IMG/VR virus record: IMGVR_UViG_3300025732_000026
Span: 24,567 to 88,566 of that record
Origin: a virus
Length of the DNA: 64,000 nt
Strand: one strand, 5' to 3'
In this document: positions 29,508 through 38,871 of the stretch, piece after piece
Layout of the letters: each line of letters starts with the position of its first letter
How positions within the stretch are numbered: the first letter of the stretch is position 1
Notes under the pieces: generated by a model
Database searches by the model: none
What the model was told of the DNA's origin: nothing
What the model saw: only the letters and a program-made list of their open reading frames with translations
Position numbers and translations under genes: made by a program

Positions 29508-30314
29508 ATGGCTTTATGGTCGAATACGGACGCAAATACGAGTATACCAAAATTTGCGCCATCATTAGTTAAGTTGTCTAATTCACAAGCAAATAATGAT
29601 TTGTTGTATGCTAATACGACACAAGATGCATTTATTGCTGGACAAATAGTTGGAGTTTTTGGGGTATCACCTGGTGAGAAGGCTGGTGTAGGTAATGTGT
29701 CGGCTGTAGCAGTAACAACGGCAGGAGATTCTGCCTATGGAAAACCAACAGTTACGATTACAGGCGCGAATACTACTCAAGCAACAGTAACGTCTAATCT
29801 AAAATTGGTATCTGCTAGTATTCATGCAGCGGGTTCAGGATACGCCAATGGCAATACTTTTCAAGTACATGCTGGTACTAATACCACTACCGCTGTATTG
29901 ACTGTAACTAATGTCGGTGCTATAGGTAATATTACGGGTATTTCCGTTACAACGGCTGGTAAATATTCCACCATTACGACTTCGAACATCAATACATTAA
30001 CTGTTAATACTGCATCTGGTACAGGATTTAGTGCAAATTTACGATTTGGTTTTGAATCTATTACAGTATCAGCAGCAGGTGCTGGATATAATGTATCAAC
30101 TGTTGGTGCAGTTGCAAGCGGTAATGGTATATTAAATACCGCGTTCACTGTTACATTGACTGGTCAAGAAGGTACCGATAAGGGCGCATTAGCTGGTTGG
30201 AATTTGCGAACAGAGGGTACTGGTAATCGTGCCGGTCGCGTCCGTTACGAGTGTTTGGTTGCTATGGGATCAATGACAGGCGATGCCGCAGACGATACGC
30301 AATTAGCTGAATAA
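29508..30314 (+). CDS. Virion structural protein (Gly/Ala/Thr-rich, fibre or decoration-like)
   Basis: MALWSNTD start, GSGY/GAGY beta repeats, C-terminal GW...GRVRYECLVAM. Confidence 0.7.
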   Translation: MALWSNTDANTSIPKFAPSLVKLSNSQANNDLLYANTTQDAFIAGQIVGVFGVSPGEKAGVGNVSAVAVTTAGDSAYGKPTVTITGANTTQATVTSNLKLVSASIHAAGSGYANGNTFQVHAGTNTTTAVLTVTNVGAIGNITGISVTTAGKYSTITTSNINTLTVNTASGTGFSANLRFGFESITVSAAGAGYNVSTVGAVASGNGILNTAFTVTLTGQEGTDKGALAGWNLRTEGTGNRAGRVRYECLVAMGSMTGDAADDTQLAE

Positions 30315-30712
30315 TGGATTCAAATAATACAATAGAGTGTTCACTGGAATTTATCAATTCGGTAAATTCCAGATTACTTGCTGAATTAGATGCATTAATA
30401 TTATCTCCTGAAGCGGGCATACAGAAAATTCGAAAAGTGTTGTATCAATTTGGATTAGATATGCCAGCACTATATGATGCGTCAAGAGATGGTGATGAGG
30501 TATTATTTGATATTTCGGATTATTTTAATGATGAGTCGAAAATTCAAATCTATCTTTATTTCATATATTATCAAACTGAAGATGGTAATTATGAATTTCA
30601 TTCTGAATTAGTGTGTCCCGATAAGTTAGAAGAGTTTTTGGATGATGTTGATTTTGATGTTGATTTTGATGATGATTTTGATGATGAACCATCCAAATCA
30701 GACTCAGTATAA
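30314..30712 (+). CDS. Hypothetical acidic protein
   Basis: ORF coupled to the previous stop. Confidence 0.6.
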   Translation: MDSNNTIECSLEFINSVNSRLLAELDALILSPEAGIQKIRKVLYQFGLDMPALYDASRDGDEVLFDISDYFNDESKIQIYLYFIYYQTEDGNYEFHSELVCPDKLEEFLDDVDFDVDFDDDFDDEPSKSDSV

Positions 30713-30716
30713 TTGA

Positions 30717-31118
30717 ATGCAATTTGAAAATCTAACAAAAAATAATATAAAATTATATTCAATAAAAGCATATGATAATCCGAATATGCTTTTATCTGAA
30801 TATATGGCAGACTATAAAAGATTCAATTATGTGAAACGACTATTTAACAAATATATAAAAACTAATGTGATACATGAAAGATTGATATTAAATCATATTA
30901 TTATTATATATAATGTTTTTGGCATAGAACATGCAACTAGAATGCTCTTTTATTTTTTACCAGATACGCAATATCCTGTATTGAAAACATATTTATATTT
31001 TCTGAATTTAATGCCAGAAATTGTATATGGTATAAATAATTTAAATATCAATTTAAGTCATATAGAAATAGATAATAATGTATTGTCGATTTTAAATAAC
31101 ATTTATGAAAAAAATTAG
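30717..31118 (+). CDS. Conserved T4-like hypothetical protein
   Basis: YDNP, DYKRFNYVKRL, ERLILNHIIIIYNVFG, LKTYL. Confidence 0.75.
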   Translation: MQFENLTKNNIKLYSIKAYDNPNMLLSEYMADYKRFNYVKRLFNKYIKTNVIHERLILNHIIIIYNVFGIEHATRMLFYFLPDTQYPVLKTYLYFLNLMPEIVYGINNLNINLSHIEIDNNVLSILNNIYEKN

Positions 31119-31260
31119 AGAAGATGTTCCCGCAAATACGATTGGTGCTGGAAATATTGCCGGTGCGGGTGTTGGTCAGAATGGAGAACCTGGTATCAAT
31201 AAGAAAAGAAAAATTCAACCATTTCTATCCTTTGTTCGACGCAAATTACCAACATCATGA
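31105..31260 (+). CDS. Small conserved protein (51 aa, not in ORF track)
   Basis: MKKIREDVPANTIGAGNIAGAGVGQNGEPG...; its stop overlaps the lysozyme start (ATGA). Confidence 0.65.
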   Translation: MKKIREDVPANTIGAGNIAGAGVGQNGEPGINKKRKIQPFLSFVRRKLPTS

Positions 31261-31733
31261 GAATAAGTGAACGAGGTTTAAAATTATTATCTGATTGGGA
31301 GGGTCTAAGAAATGAAGTATATCTTGATGTTGCAAAATTTCCTACTATCGGAATAGGACATTTACTGACAAAGGATGAACTTTCATCTAATAAAATACTG
31401 ATTGATGGGATCAATGTTGATTATTCTTTTGGATTAACAAATATACAAATTGAACGTCTATTAGTTAAAGACCTGATGAAAATCGAGGAAAAGATTAATA
31501 AACTCATCACGGTTGATATTAGTCAGAATCAATATGATGCTATTGTGATATTCGTGTTTAATATAGGAATTGGTGCATTTGAGAGATCAACTTTTCTCAA
31601 ATTACTAAATAATAAAAAATTCGATCAATTGCCGAATCAATTTAGACGTTGGAATAAATCGGGTGGTCAAATAATTAGCGGTCTAATACATCGCCGCGAA
31701 AACGAGATAAAGCTTTTCGAGGGTTTGCTTTGA
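31257..31733 (+). CDS. Lysozyme/endolysin (GH24)
   Basis: WEG...YLD....PTIGIGH (E-D-T triad), FNIG, GLIHRRENE. Confidence 0.92.
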   Translation: MRISERGLKLLSDWEGLRNEVYLDVAKFPTIGIGHLLTKDELSSNKILIDGINVDYSFGLTNIQIERLLVKDLMKIEEKINKLITVDISQNQYDAIVIFVFNIGIGAFERSTFLKLLNNKKFDQLPNQFRRWNKSGGQIISGLIHRRENEIKLFEGLL

Positions 31734-31778
31734 TACAACAAAAAATAAAAAACAATAGCAATAAGGGACAGAATATCT

Positions 31779-32228
31779 ATGGAAAGCTCTTCAAAGGACA
31801 TTCATGATGTAGATTTAAAACTAAATTCATTATCAAAAGATGTTGAACAAATAGATAGGTTGTGTTTAAAAGTAACAGAATCAATTGAAAAACTTCAAGA
31901 AGTGAATTCAACATTGACCAAAATATTGGTTCTACATGAAGAAAAACATGAGCAACGACAAAAAAATGAGGATCAATTTAGAATTGAACTTAAAGAACTT
32001 AATGTTAAAATAAATAATATATATAAAGATGTGATAGAAAAAATTGATGCCATGGATAAAGAAAATTTGAAGAGAATTAATGGTGAGAGTTTAGCGAAAA
32101 TCAATAAAGAGAATTTACCTATTATAGAATTGTCTAAAATACATTGGATGATGTTGGGTGGCGCATTAACATTAGGTTGGTTATTGAGCAATGTGAACTT
32201 AGAAGGATTGGCGCCATTGTTTAAATAA
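31779..32228 (+). CDS. Coiled-coil protein with a C-terminal transmembrane segment
   Basis: Heptad-rich body, WMMLGGALTLGWLL; position upstream of primase. Confidence 0.6.
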   Translation: MESSSKDIHDVDLKLNSLSKDVEQIDRLCLKVTESIEKLQEVNSTLTKILVLHEEKHEQRQKNEDQFRIELKELNVKINNIYKDVIEKIDAMDKENLKRINGESLAKINKENLPIIELSKIHWMMLGGALTLGWLLSNVNLEGLAPLFK

Positions 32229-32289
32229 TAGTTGATTTGTGATTAAAATTAGCGTATACTGCATTGTTGAATAAATTACGGATCAATAG

Positions 32290-33312
32290 ATGTCAGTTTA
32301 CATTGATGCAAAATATGTAAATTTAATTTCATATAATCTTAGAAATTTTAAGCGAAAAAACGAGCAATTATATCAAGCATCTTGTCCGTTTTGCGGTGAT
32401 TCTAAGAAGGATAAAACAAAAGCTAGATTATTTATTTTTAAAAATAAGAATAGCCTTTTTGTGAAATGTTTTAACTGTGGTAAAAGTACAACCTTTGCAA
32501 ATCTTTTAAAGTATATTTCTCCAATTTTATATTCTGAGTATGTACTAGAAACATACTCAGATAATCAATCATTGAATCCTTTGAGAACTTCTAGTATAAT
32601 GGAAAAAATGCGATTTGATAATGTATCCAAACAGAAATCATTCAACAATGCGGAATGGTGTGATAAATTGCCTGAAAATCATGTTTGTGTTCAATATCTA
32701 CAATCCAGAAAAATCCCAATAGCAGCATATTCGAAACTATTGTATACTGCTAATTTTAAGGAATTAGCAGATGAGATATATATTGATCATGGCAAAACGT
32801 TGGAGTGTGATTCCAGATTAGTTATACCAATGTACGATAAATATCATGTATTATATGGTATTGCTGGCAGAGCATTATATGATTGTTCGGATAGAATGAG
32901 ATATATAACGTTGCGTACAAATGATTCGGAAGATAAACTTGTATATGGCGTGGATCAGATAGATTCCACAAAAGATATTAGAGTAGTTGAGGGTCAGTTA
33001 GATTCCTTATTTATTGATAATTGTATCGCGGTTTGTTGTGCAGAATTAAATATTGCCGAAGAATTATTTCCAAAAGAGAAATTGATATTGATTCCAGATA
33101 ATGAACCAAGAGCGCCGATTCAGGTTAAAAAGATTAAAGGATTTATTAAAAAAGGATTTAATGTTGTATTATTTCCAGAATATATATCGCAGAAAGATGT
33201 GAATTTGATGATCATGAATGGCGTAAATGATTTGGAAAATATAATTGTGAATAATACATTCCAAGGAATTCGCGCAGAATTGGAATTTGCTAAGTGGAGT
33301 AAATGTGTATGA
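32290..33312 (+). CDS. 61: DNA primase
   Basis: CPFCGDS...CFNC zinc ribbon, VEGQLDSLF, DNEPR, KDVN. Confidence 0.93.
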   Translation: MSVYIDAKYVNLISYNLRNFKRKNEQLYQASCPFCGDSKKDKTKARLFIFKNKNSLFVKCFNCGKSTTFANLLKYISPILYSEYVLETYSDNQSLNPLRTSSIMEKMRFDNVSKQKSFNNAEWCDKLPENHVCVQYLQSRKIPIAAYSKLLYTANFKELADEIYIDHGKTLECDSRLVIPMYDKYHVLYGIAGRALYDCSDRMRYITLRTNDSEDKLVYGVDQIDSTKDIRVVEGQLDSLFIDNCIAVCCAELNIAEELFPKEKLILIPDNEPRAPIQVKKIKGFIKKGFNVVLFPEYISQKDVNLMIMNGVNDLENIIVNNTFQGIRAELEFAKWSKCV

Positions 33313-33386
33313 TAACACCAAATGCCTATAAGCGAGATGTTGAACAGATTGGAAACGAATTTAAGTAACTAACATATATAAATTAA

Positions 33387-35783
33387 ATGACGATAAAAAC
33401 GATAATCAAAAGAAATGGCAATATCGAGGAATTTATTCCTTCAAAATTAAACAAATGGGGTCAATGGGCAGCAAACAATCTAACAGATAGAGTAGATTGG
33501 TCCGAGATCATTTTAGAAACTGTTAAAAATTTAGATGATTCTGTAACTTCTAAGAAACTTCAACAAACATTAATCAAAACTTGTATTCATAGAAAAGATT
33601 GGGCACATAATTTAATGGCGGGTAGATTATATGTTGCATTATCCAGAAAGGATATGTTTGGTAATAATATACCATCTGTCAAAGAAATGTTTGAAAAAAT
33701 GCTAAAATTAGGATTAATGATAGAATTCAATTATACAGATGAAGATTATGTTGTAATTGAATCAATCATAGATCATTCCAAAGATTTTAATTTGACGCAT
33801 TTTCAATTGAAGCATATTGAATCTAAATATGTTCTACAGAATAGATCAACTAGAAAAAAATATGAGACACCGCAGTTTACTTATATGCGAATGGCATGTG
33901 CCTTAGCACATGATGAACATCCAGAAAAACGATTGGAAATGATTCGAGATTGGTATAATCATTTTTCGGAAGGTAGAATAAGTCCACCGACTCCAAATTA
34001 TGTAAATTTGGGAACACCTCATAGAGGATTTGCATCTTGCTGTTTGTATTCGGTTGGAGATTCTGCTAAATCGCTTGCAGTAGGCGATCATATCGCCTAC
34101 ACAATGACATACATGTCTAGTGGTATTGGTGGAATATTGCATACGAGATCAGTTGGAGATTCTGTTAAAAACGGTGCAATCGAACATCAAGGCAAACTTC
34201 CATATTTTAATTCCCTTGCAGGTGCAGTAAAAGCTAATTTACAAGGCGGTAGAGGCGGTGCTTGTACTAGCCACTATTCTAGTTATGATCCAGAAGCATT
34301 GACTATTTCACAGTTGCAGAATCCAAGATCAACTGAAGATAGACGAAACAGAGATATACATTTTTCAATGCTATGTAATCGATTATTTGCTAAAAAAGTA
34401 GCGGCAAATGAAGATATTTTTACATTCAATTGTTATACTGCACCTGATTTATATGATGCTTTTTTCTCAGGCGATTCGAATGAATTTGAGAGAATATATG
34501 CAATATATGAGAGCAATCCTAAATTCAAGAAAAATTATGTAAATGCTCGAAAATTTATAATAAATGCTACTCAACAGAGTTATGAAGTGGGCACTCATTA
34601 TTTCGCTTTTATTGATGAGATTAATAGAAATACGCCTTTCAAAGAAAAAATTTATAGTTCAAATTTGTGTCAGGAAATTCTATTACCAACTTATCCATAT
34701 GAGAATATAGTTGATTTATATAGAGAAGTTGATAATGGTATATTTGAATATATGGACCATAACGATAATATTATAAAATTAAATTATAGTGATTGGGTCA
34801 CAGATTCTAATGGAAAATTTACATTTGCGGGTAATCTATCAAATGATCCAAAGGTAAAAAAGGTTCTCAAATCTATACCATCATCTGAAATCGCACTATG
34901 TACCTTAGCAAGTATAGCGGAATGTAATATAAAAAATGACGATGAATATCGATCCGTTGCTTATTATGCGTTGAAGATGATAGATAAATGCATCAATATG
35001 GCAAATTATGAATTGCCGCATATTGGATATACTGCAAAGAAGCGCATGAATGCTGCCGTAGGATTAATTGGAATCGCATATACGCTGGCTAAAAATAATT
35101 TAAAATATGATAGCGATGATGGACGCAAAAAGATCCATGAAATATCAGAACGTCATATGTATTTTCTGATTGAACAGAGTTTAAAGATTGCTAAGGAAAG
35201 AGGTACCGCTGAGTGGATCAATAAAACTAAATGGCCAGACGGCTGGCTACCTATTGATACATATAAGAAAAATATAGATTCATTTGCTAATTTTGAATTG
35301 AAATATGATTGGGAAAAATTGAGACAGGATATTATTGAAACTGGGGGAATTGGACATTCATCTTTAGTTGCACATATGCCAACTGAGGCATCATCCAAGG
35401 CAATTGGATTGCCTAATGGTGTATATCCTATACGAGAATTGGCCATGAAAAAATCAGATGCCAGTAATATTATTGATTGGTGCGCCAAAGATTCCGATAT
35501 TTTAATAGATAAATATCAATCTGCATGGAAAATTTCATCTAAAGACATGATAAAAGTATATGCTATTATTCAGAAATTTACCGATCATGCTGGCAGTTGG
35601 GATTTATATAAGGATAGATCAGAATCAATTGATTTATCATCATCGGAAATGATAGAGGAATTTTTAGATATGGTTAAATTTGGAATTAAGACTCGATATT
35701 ATCAGAATTCATTAACGTCAGACGCCGATGTTAATACACAAAATAAAAAAACGGTTTGTGCGTCAGGTGCATGTGATGTATAA
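33387..35783 (+). CDS. nrdA: Ribonucleotide reductase class Ia alpha subunit
   Basis: PTP, ASCCL, SNLCQEI, MPTEASS, KTRYY, C-terminal CASGACDV. Confidence 0.95.
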   Translation: MTIKTIIKRNGNIEEFIPSKLNKWGQWAANNLTDRVDWSEIILETVKNLDDSVTSKKLQQTLIKTCIHRKDWAHNLMAGRLYVALSRKDMFGNNIPSVKEMFEKMLKLGLMIEFNYTDEDYVVIESIIDHSKDFNLTHFQLKHIESKYVLQNRSTRKKYETPQFTYMRMACALAHDEHPEKRLEMIRDWYNHFSEGRISPPTPNYVNLGTPHRGFASCCLYSVGDSAKSLAVGDHIAYTMTYMSSGIGGILHTRSVGDSVKNGAIEHQGKLPYFNSLAGAVKANLQGGRGGACTSHYSSYDPEALTISQLQNPRSTEDRRNRDIHFSMLCNRLFAKKVAANEDIFTFNCYTAPDLYDAFFSGDSNEFERIYAIYESNPKFKKNYVNARKFIINATQQSYEVGTHYFAFIDEINRNTPFKEKIYSSNLCQEILLPTYPYENIVDLYREVDNGIFEYMDHNDNIIKLNYSDWVTDSNGKFTFAGNLSNDPKVKKVLKSIPSSEIALCTLASIAECNIKNDDEYRSVAYYALKMIDKCINMANYELPHIGYTAKKRMNAAVGLIGIAYTLAKNNLKYDSDDGRKKIHEISERHMYFLIEQSLKIAKERGTAEWINKTKWPDGWLPIDTYKKNIDSFANFELKYDWEKLRQDIIETGGIGHSSLVAHMPTEASSKAIGLPNGVYPIRELAMKKSDASNIIDWCAKDSDILIDKYQSAWKISSKDMIKVYAIIQKFTDHAGSWDLYKDRSESIDLSSSEMIEEFLDMVKFGIKTRYYQNSLTSDADVNTQNKKTVCASGACDV

Positions 35784-35796
35784 GGATATAAAATAA

Positions 35797-36897
35797 ATGT
35801 TACTAAACGATAAAATATTTAATTTAGAGAAAAAAGATTATGTAATCCCATCCTTGTTTCTAGGTGAATCCATGGGATTTTTGGATTCAATCAATAAGCA
35901 TTACCCAAATTTATTTGATCTATATAAGAAGATGAAATCCCAGGATTGGGATGAGAATGAATTCAATTTTACATCGTGCAATGTAGAATTTAAAACATGT
36001 CCAAAAAATATATATGATATGATGCTATTGACGTTGGCTTGGAAATGGGAAGCGGATTCAATCGCTTCAAGGAGCGTATTTGCTATTACGGCGCCATTCA
36101 TTAGTTCAAATGAATTGAATTGTTTATGGCAGCGAATATCTGAAAATGAATGTTTACATGCATTAACATATTCGGAGATTGTTAGAAATTCTTTTGATAA
36201 TTCCGCTGAGATATTGGATTATTTATCCACACTAAATAATGTTTTTGATAGATCATATATAGTAACGGAGATATTTGCATATACATTTGATATTGGACAT
36301 AAATTATCGCTTGGATTAATTCCAAAAGATCAGACAGCATACGATGCAATTTTTATGTTTGTTGTTACGTTATATTGTCTTGAGAGAATACAATTCATGG
36401 CCAGTTTTGCCGTGACATTTGCAATAGCAGATTCTGGTATATTTGTGCCTATCGGCAAAGCAGTACAGAAAATATGTAAGGATGAATTTGATATTCATGT
36501 TAAAGCATGTAAAACTATTTTAAACTATGAATTGGTGACTGAACGTGGCTTGATGACTTTTAATCGAATGAAACCTAAAATATCTGAATTATTAACATCA
36601 ATAATAGAATCCGAGTTTAAATGGATTAATTACTTGTTCTCAGATGGTAGAGAATTGGTAGGAATGGATGCAGAATTATTGAAAAAGTGGGTATTATTTA
36701 ATGCAGCAGATGTTTATAATTTTTTTGGAATACAATCTAGTATTGAGTTGCCTAATAAAAATCCATTGGGATTTATTGAAGAATGGATTAATATAGATAA
36801 GATTCAAGGATCGCCACAGGAAGAGAAAACAGCGGCATATTTGGTAGGTGCTATAATTAATGATGATGAAGGTAAAATATATTCAACAGAATTTTAA
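35797..36897 (+). CDS. nrdB: Ribonucleotide reductase beta subunit
   Basis: EADS, ENECLHALTY, LERIQFMASF, DEFDIH, PQE. Confidence 0.93.
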   Translation: MLLNDKIFNLEKKDYVIPSLFLGESMGFLDSINKHYPNLFDLYKKMKSQDWDENEFNFTSCNVEFKTCPKNIYDMMLLTLAWKWEADSIASRSVFAITAPFISSNELNCLWQRISENECLHALTYSEIVRNSFDNSAEILDYLSTLNNVFDRSYIVTEIFAYTFDIGHKLSLGLIPKDQTAYDAIFMFVVTLYCLERIQFMASFAVTFAIADSGIFVPIGKAVQKICKDEFDIHVKACKTILNYELVTERGLMTFNRMKPKISELLTSIIESEFKWINYLFSDGRELVGMDAELLKKWVLFNAADVYNFFGIQSSIELPNKNPLGFIEEWINIDKIQGSPQEEKTAAYLVGAIINDDEGKIYSTEF

Positions 36898-36916
36898 TCA
36901 CATATAGAGGAATTTT

Positions 36917-37162
36917 ATGATAGATTTGGAAGATATTGATTTTGAAACATTTTCAAATTGGCATCCAGCAGTACAAATAGTTGCAATAATTGTTTCATTT
37001 TTAGTATTAGCACCGTTGCTATTTGGAATATTTGCTTCGATTTCAATGATAATTTTTTTTGGAACTATTTGTGTTGGTATTGGTTTATTTTGTTTTACGA
37101 TATTAGAAATAGTTGATAGATATAAATTGAAAAAAGATATTGACAATTTAACTAAATTATAA
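36917..37162 (+). CDS. Small membrane protein
   Basis: GAGG SD, two hydrophobic helices. Confidence 0.6.
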   Translation: MIDLEDIDFETFSNWHPAVQIVAIIVSFLVLAPLLFGIFASISMIIFFGTICVGIGLFCFTILEIVDRYKLKKDIDNLTKL

Positions 37163-37168
37163 TAGAAT
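37140..37168 (+). promoter_or_regulatory. Sigma70-type promoter for the tRNA/ncRNA transcript
   Basis: TTGACA-17 nt-TAGAAT, ending 12 nt before the tRNA. Confidence 0.65.
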
Positions 37169-37180
37169 TCTATTATCAAT

Positions 37181-37270
37181 TCCGCCCGGACTGGCTAGGT
37201 GAAAGTCTCTGACTGTTAATCAGAAGGCGCAAGAAATTGCGGCGAGGTTCGAATCCTCGGAGCGGAGCCA
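37181..37270 (+). tRNA. tRNA-Asn(GTT) with a long variable arm
   Basis: Acceptor TCCGCCC/GAGCGGA (one mismatch), D stem GACT/AGTC, anticodon arm TCTGA-CTGTTAA-TCAGA, variable arm CGCAA-GAAA-TTGCG, T arm CGAGG-TTCGAAT-CCTCG, 3' GCCA. Confidence 0.85.
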
Positions 37271-37275
37271 AGTTT

Positions 37276-37543
37276 AACATATTATGGAGGTAGGATTAGA
37301 GGCGTCCATCCTTTAAAGAGTAGTGATATGCGCGTGTAATCTGGGGATAGTTTACTCATATGAACCCCCTGAATGTCGAGTTTGACAAACTGGAATTATG
37401 AGCGAGAATATCTAAAGGCGAAGAAGTACACAACAGTCGGTTTGTAATGTGATACAGAAGTCAAGGTATTAGAAAAAAGATTGCCTGGGCGAACGAACAA
37501 AAATGTCCAATAGCTTTTGGCGTAACAGCACACATAATATGTT
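37276..37543 (+). ncRNA. Structured RNA resembling the 23S rRNA L11-binding domain (H43/H44) with a ~200-nt insertion
   Basis: Closing helix AACATATTATG/CATAATATGTT; 5' part GGAGGTAGGATTAGAGGCGTCCATCCTTTAAAGAGT; 3' part GCGTAACAGCACAC; several internal hairpins; no ORF-track ORF. Confidence 0.75.
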
Positions 37544-37560
37544 TTTATTTTAGGAAATTT

Positions 37561-37935
37561 ATGAAAAAACTATTTGTTTTTGGAAGTAATTTACGTGGCG
37601 TTCATGGTGCAGGTGCAGCCAGATTTGCATTTGACAATCATAATGCTAAATGGGGATGTGGTATAGGTAGAACGGGCGATTGTTATGCTATTCCTACAAA
37701 AGATGATAATATCAAAACATTGCCATTAAATGTGATAAAAAATTATGTTGATGAATTTGTTCTTTATGCCAAAGAACATCCTGAGCTAATGTTCGAAGTT
37801 ACTAAAATAGGTTGTGGATTAGCTGGATATAAAAATAAAGATATAGCTCCTATGTTTCTTGATGCCCCGGAAAATTGTTTATTAGATGATGAATGGGTTA
37901 AAATAATAGATGAGTTAAAAATTAATGGAAATTAA
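37561..37935 (+). CDS. Phage macro-domain-like protein (FVFGSN family)
   Basis: FVFGSNLRGVHGAGAA, YAIPTK, VTKIGCGLAG. Confidence 0.75.
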   Translation: MKKLFVFGSNLRGVHGAGAARFAFDNHNAKWGCGIGRTGDCYAIPTKDDNIKTLPLNVIKNYVDEFVLYAKEHPELMFEVTKIGCGLAGYKNKDIAPMFLDAPENCLLDDEWVKIIDELKINGN

Positions 37936-38449
37936 CGCCAAGGAATTAACTTGCGATTGGATAAAGACCTTCGCTGCAAGTGAAAATTTAGATTTGTATC
38001 ATATGACATTAGTATATGATTTTTTCCAAAACGGAAATTTCCATGCTGACAACATAAATGCATTCTTTGCAACATTTTATATGCGAAGATTTTTACCATT
38101 TTTATTATCAACTAAAAATTATCATACAAATTTTCAACGAACTCGCCAACCAACAACATTCGCATTTGTATGTGATCACTTAAACAAAAACTCCGAAAAA
38201 GATCATATTTACAGTGGAAAGTTGTTTAATCATGCTATCGTATGTGTTCCAAATGCAATTAAGGATAAGACATGCGCACTTCTGGGTGTAGATACATTAA
38301 CAAAAGAATTTTCAATTCCAAAAATATATAATATTAAGTATTCTACTTTCAAAAAATGTGATGATGTCGCAATTGAAATTGCAACTAGAAGTATTTTCAA
38401 ATACCCAAATTATCAAATTTTTTCACCCAAAGTAAAATTTAAAAAATGA
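37925..38449 (+). CDS. Hypothetical protein
   Basis: ORF overlaps the previous stop. Confidence 0.55.
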   Translation: MEINAKELTCDWIKTFAASENLDLYHMTLVYDFFQNGNFHADNINAFFATFYMRRFLPFLLSTKNYHTNFQRTRQPTTFAFVCDHLNKNSEKDHIYSGKLFNHAIVCVPNAIKDKTCALLGVDTLTKEFSIPKIYNIKYSTFKKCDDVAIEIATRSIFKYPNYQIFSPKVKFKK

Positions 38450-38542
38450 AATTGGAGAAATTATGGGCAAAATAATTTTTGACAGTAATAAATTTTTGAT
38501 ATACAATGAACTTATATTGATTAATAAATGTGAGAGAATGAA

Positions 38543-38650
38543 ATGAAAAATTTAATTGAGAATAAAGTATTGATAGTGATTTTCTTGATATCAGTATTCT
38601 GTTTTGTTGCAGTTCTCGTACAGCAACTTAATAATTATTTCGGAGATTAA
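38543..38650 (+). CDS. Small membrane protein (35 aa, not in track)
   Basis: MKNLIENKVLIVIFLISVFCFVAVLVQQLNNYFGD. Confidence 0.4.
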   Translation: MKNLIENKVLIVIFLISVFCFVAVLVQQLNNYFGD

Positions 38651-38652
38651 AA

Positions 38653-38871
38653 ATGTTTATTATGTTTAGTACAATTGTTGTATGTGTTTCAATATTGATA
38701 ATGCTTATCATCACTCAAGAAAACATATCATTACCTAAAAGTTTAGAACTATTAATTTTAATTTTAATGTTTTCTTCAATTATTGTGATCGAATCCGGGT
38801 TTGAGTATTTGTTAGATTATGATTCCCTACAACTGGAATTTAAAGAATACAAATTGGCACAAACTAAATGA
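38653..38871 (+). CDS. Small membrane protein
   Basis: GGAG SD, two hydrophobic segments. Confidence 0.55.
   Translation: MFIMFSTIVVCVSILIMLIITQENISLPKSLELLILILMFSSIIVIESGFEYLLDYDSLQLEFKEYKLAQTK

Noticed and set aside
37276-37543. Genuine 23S rRNA gene or host contamination
   Set aside because: Only ~50 nt resemble rRNA, split by a non-rRNA insert and closed by a phage-specific AT-rich helix within continuous phage sequence.
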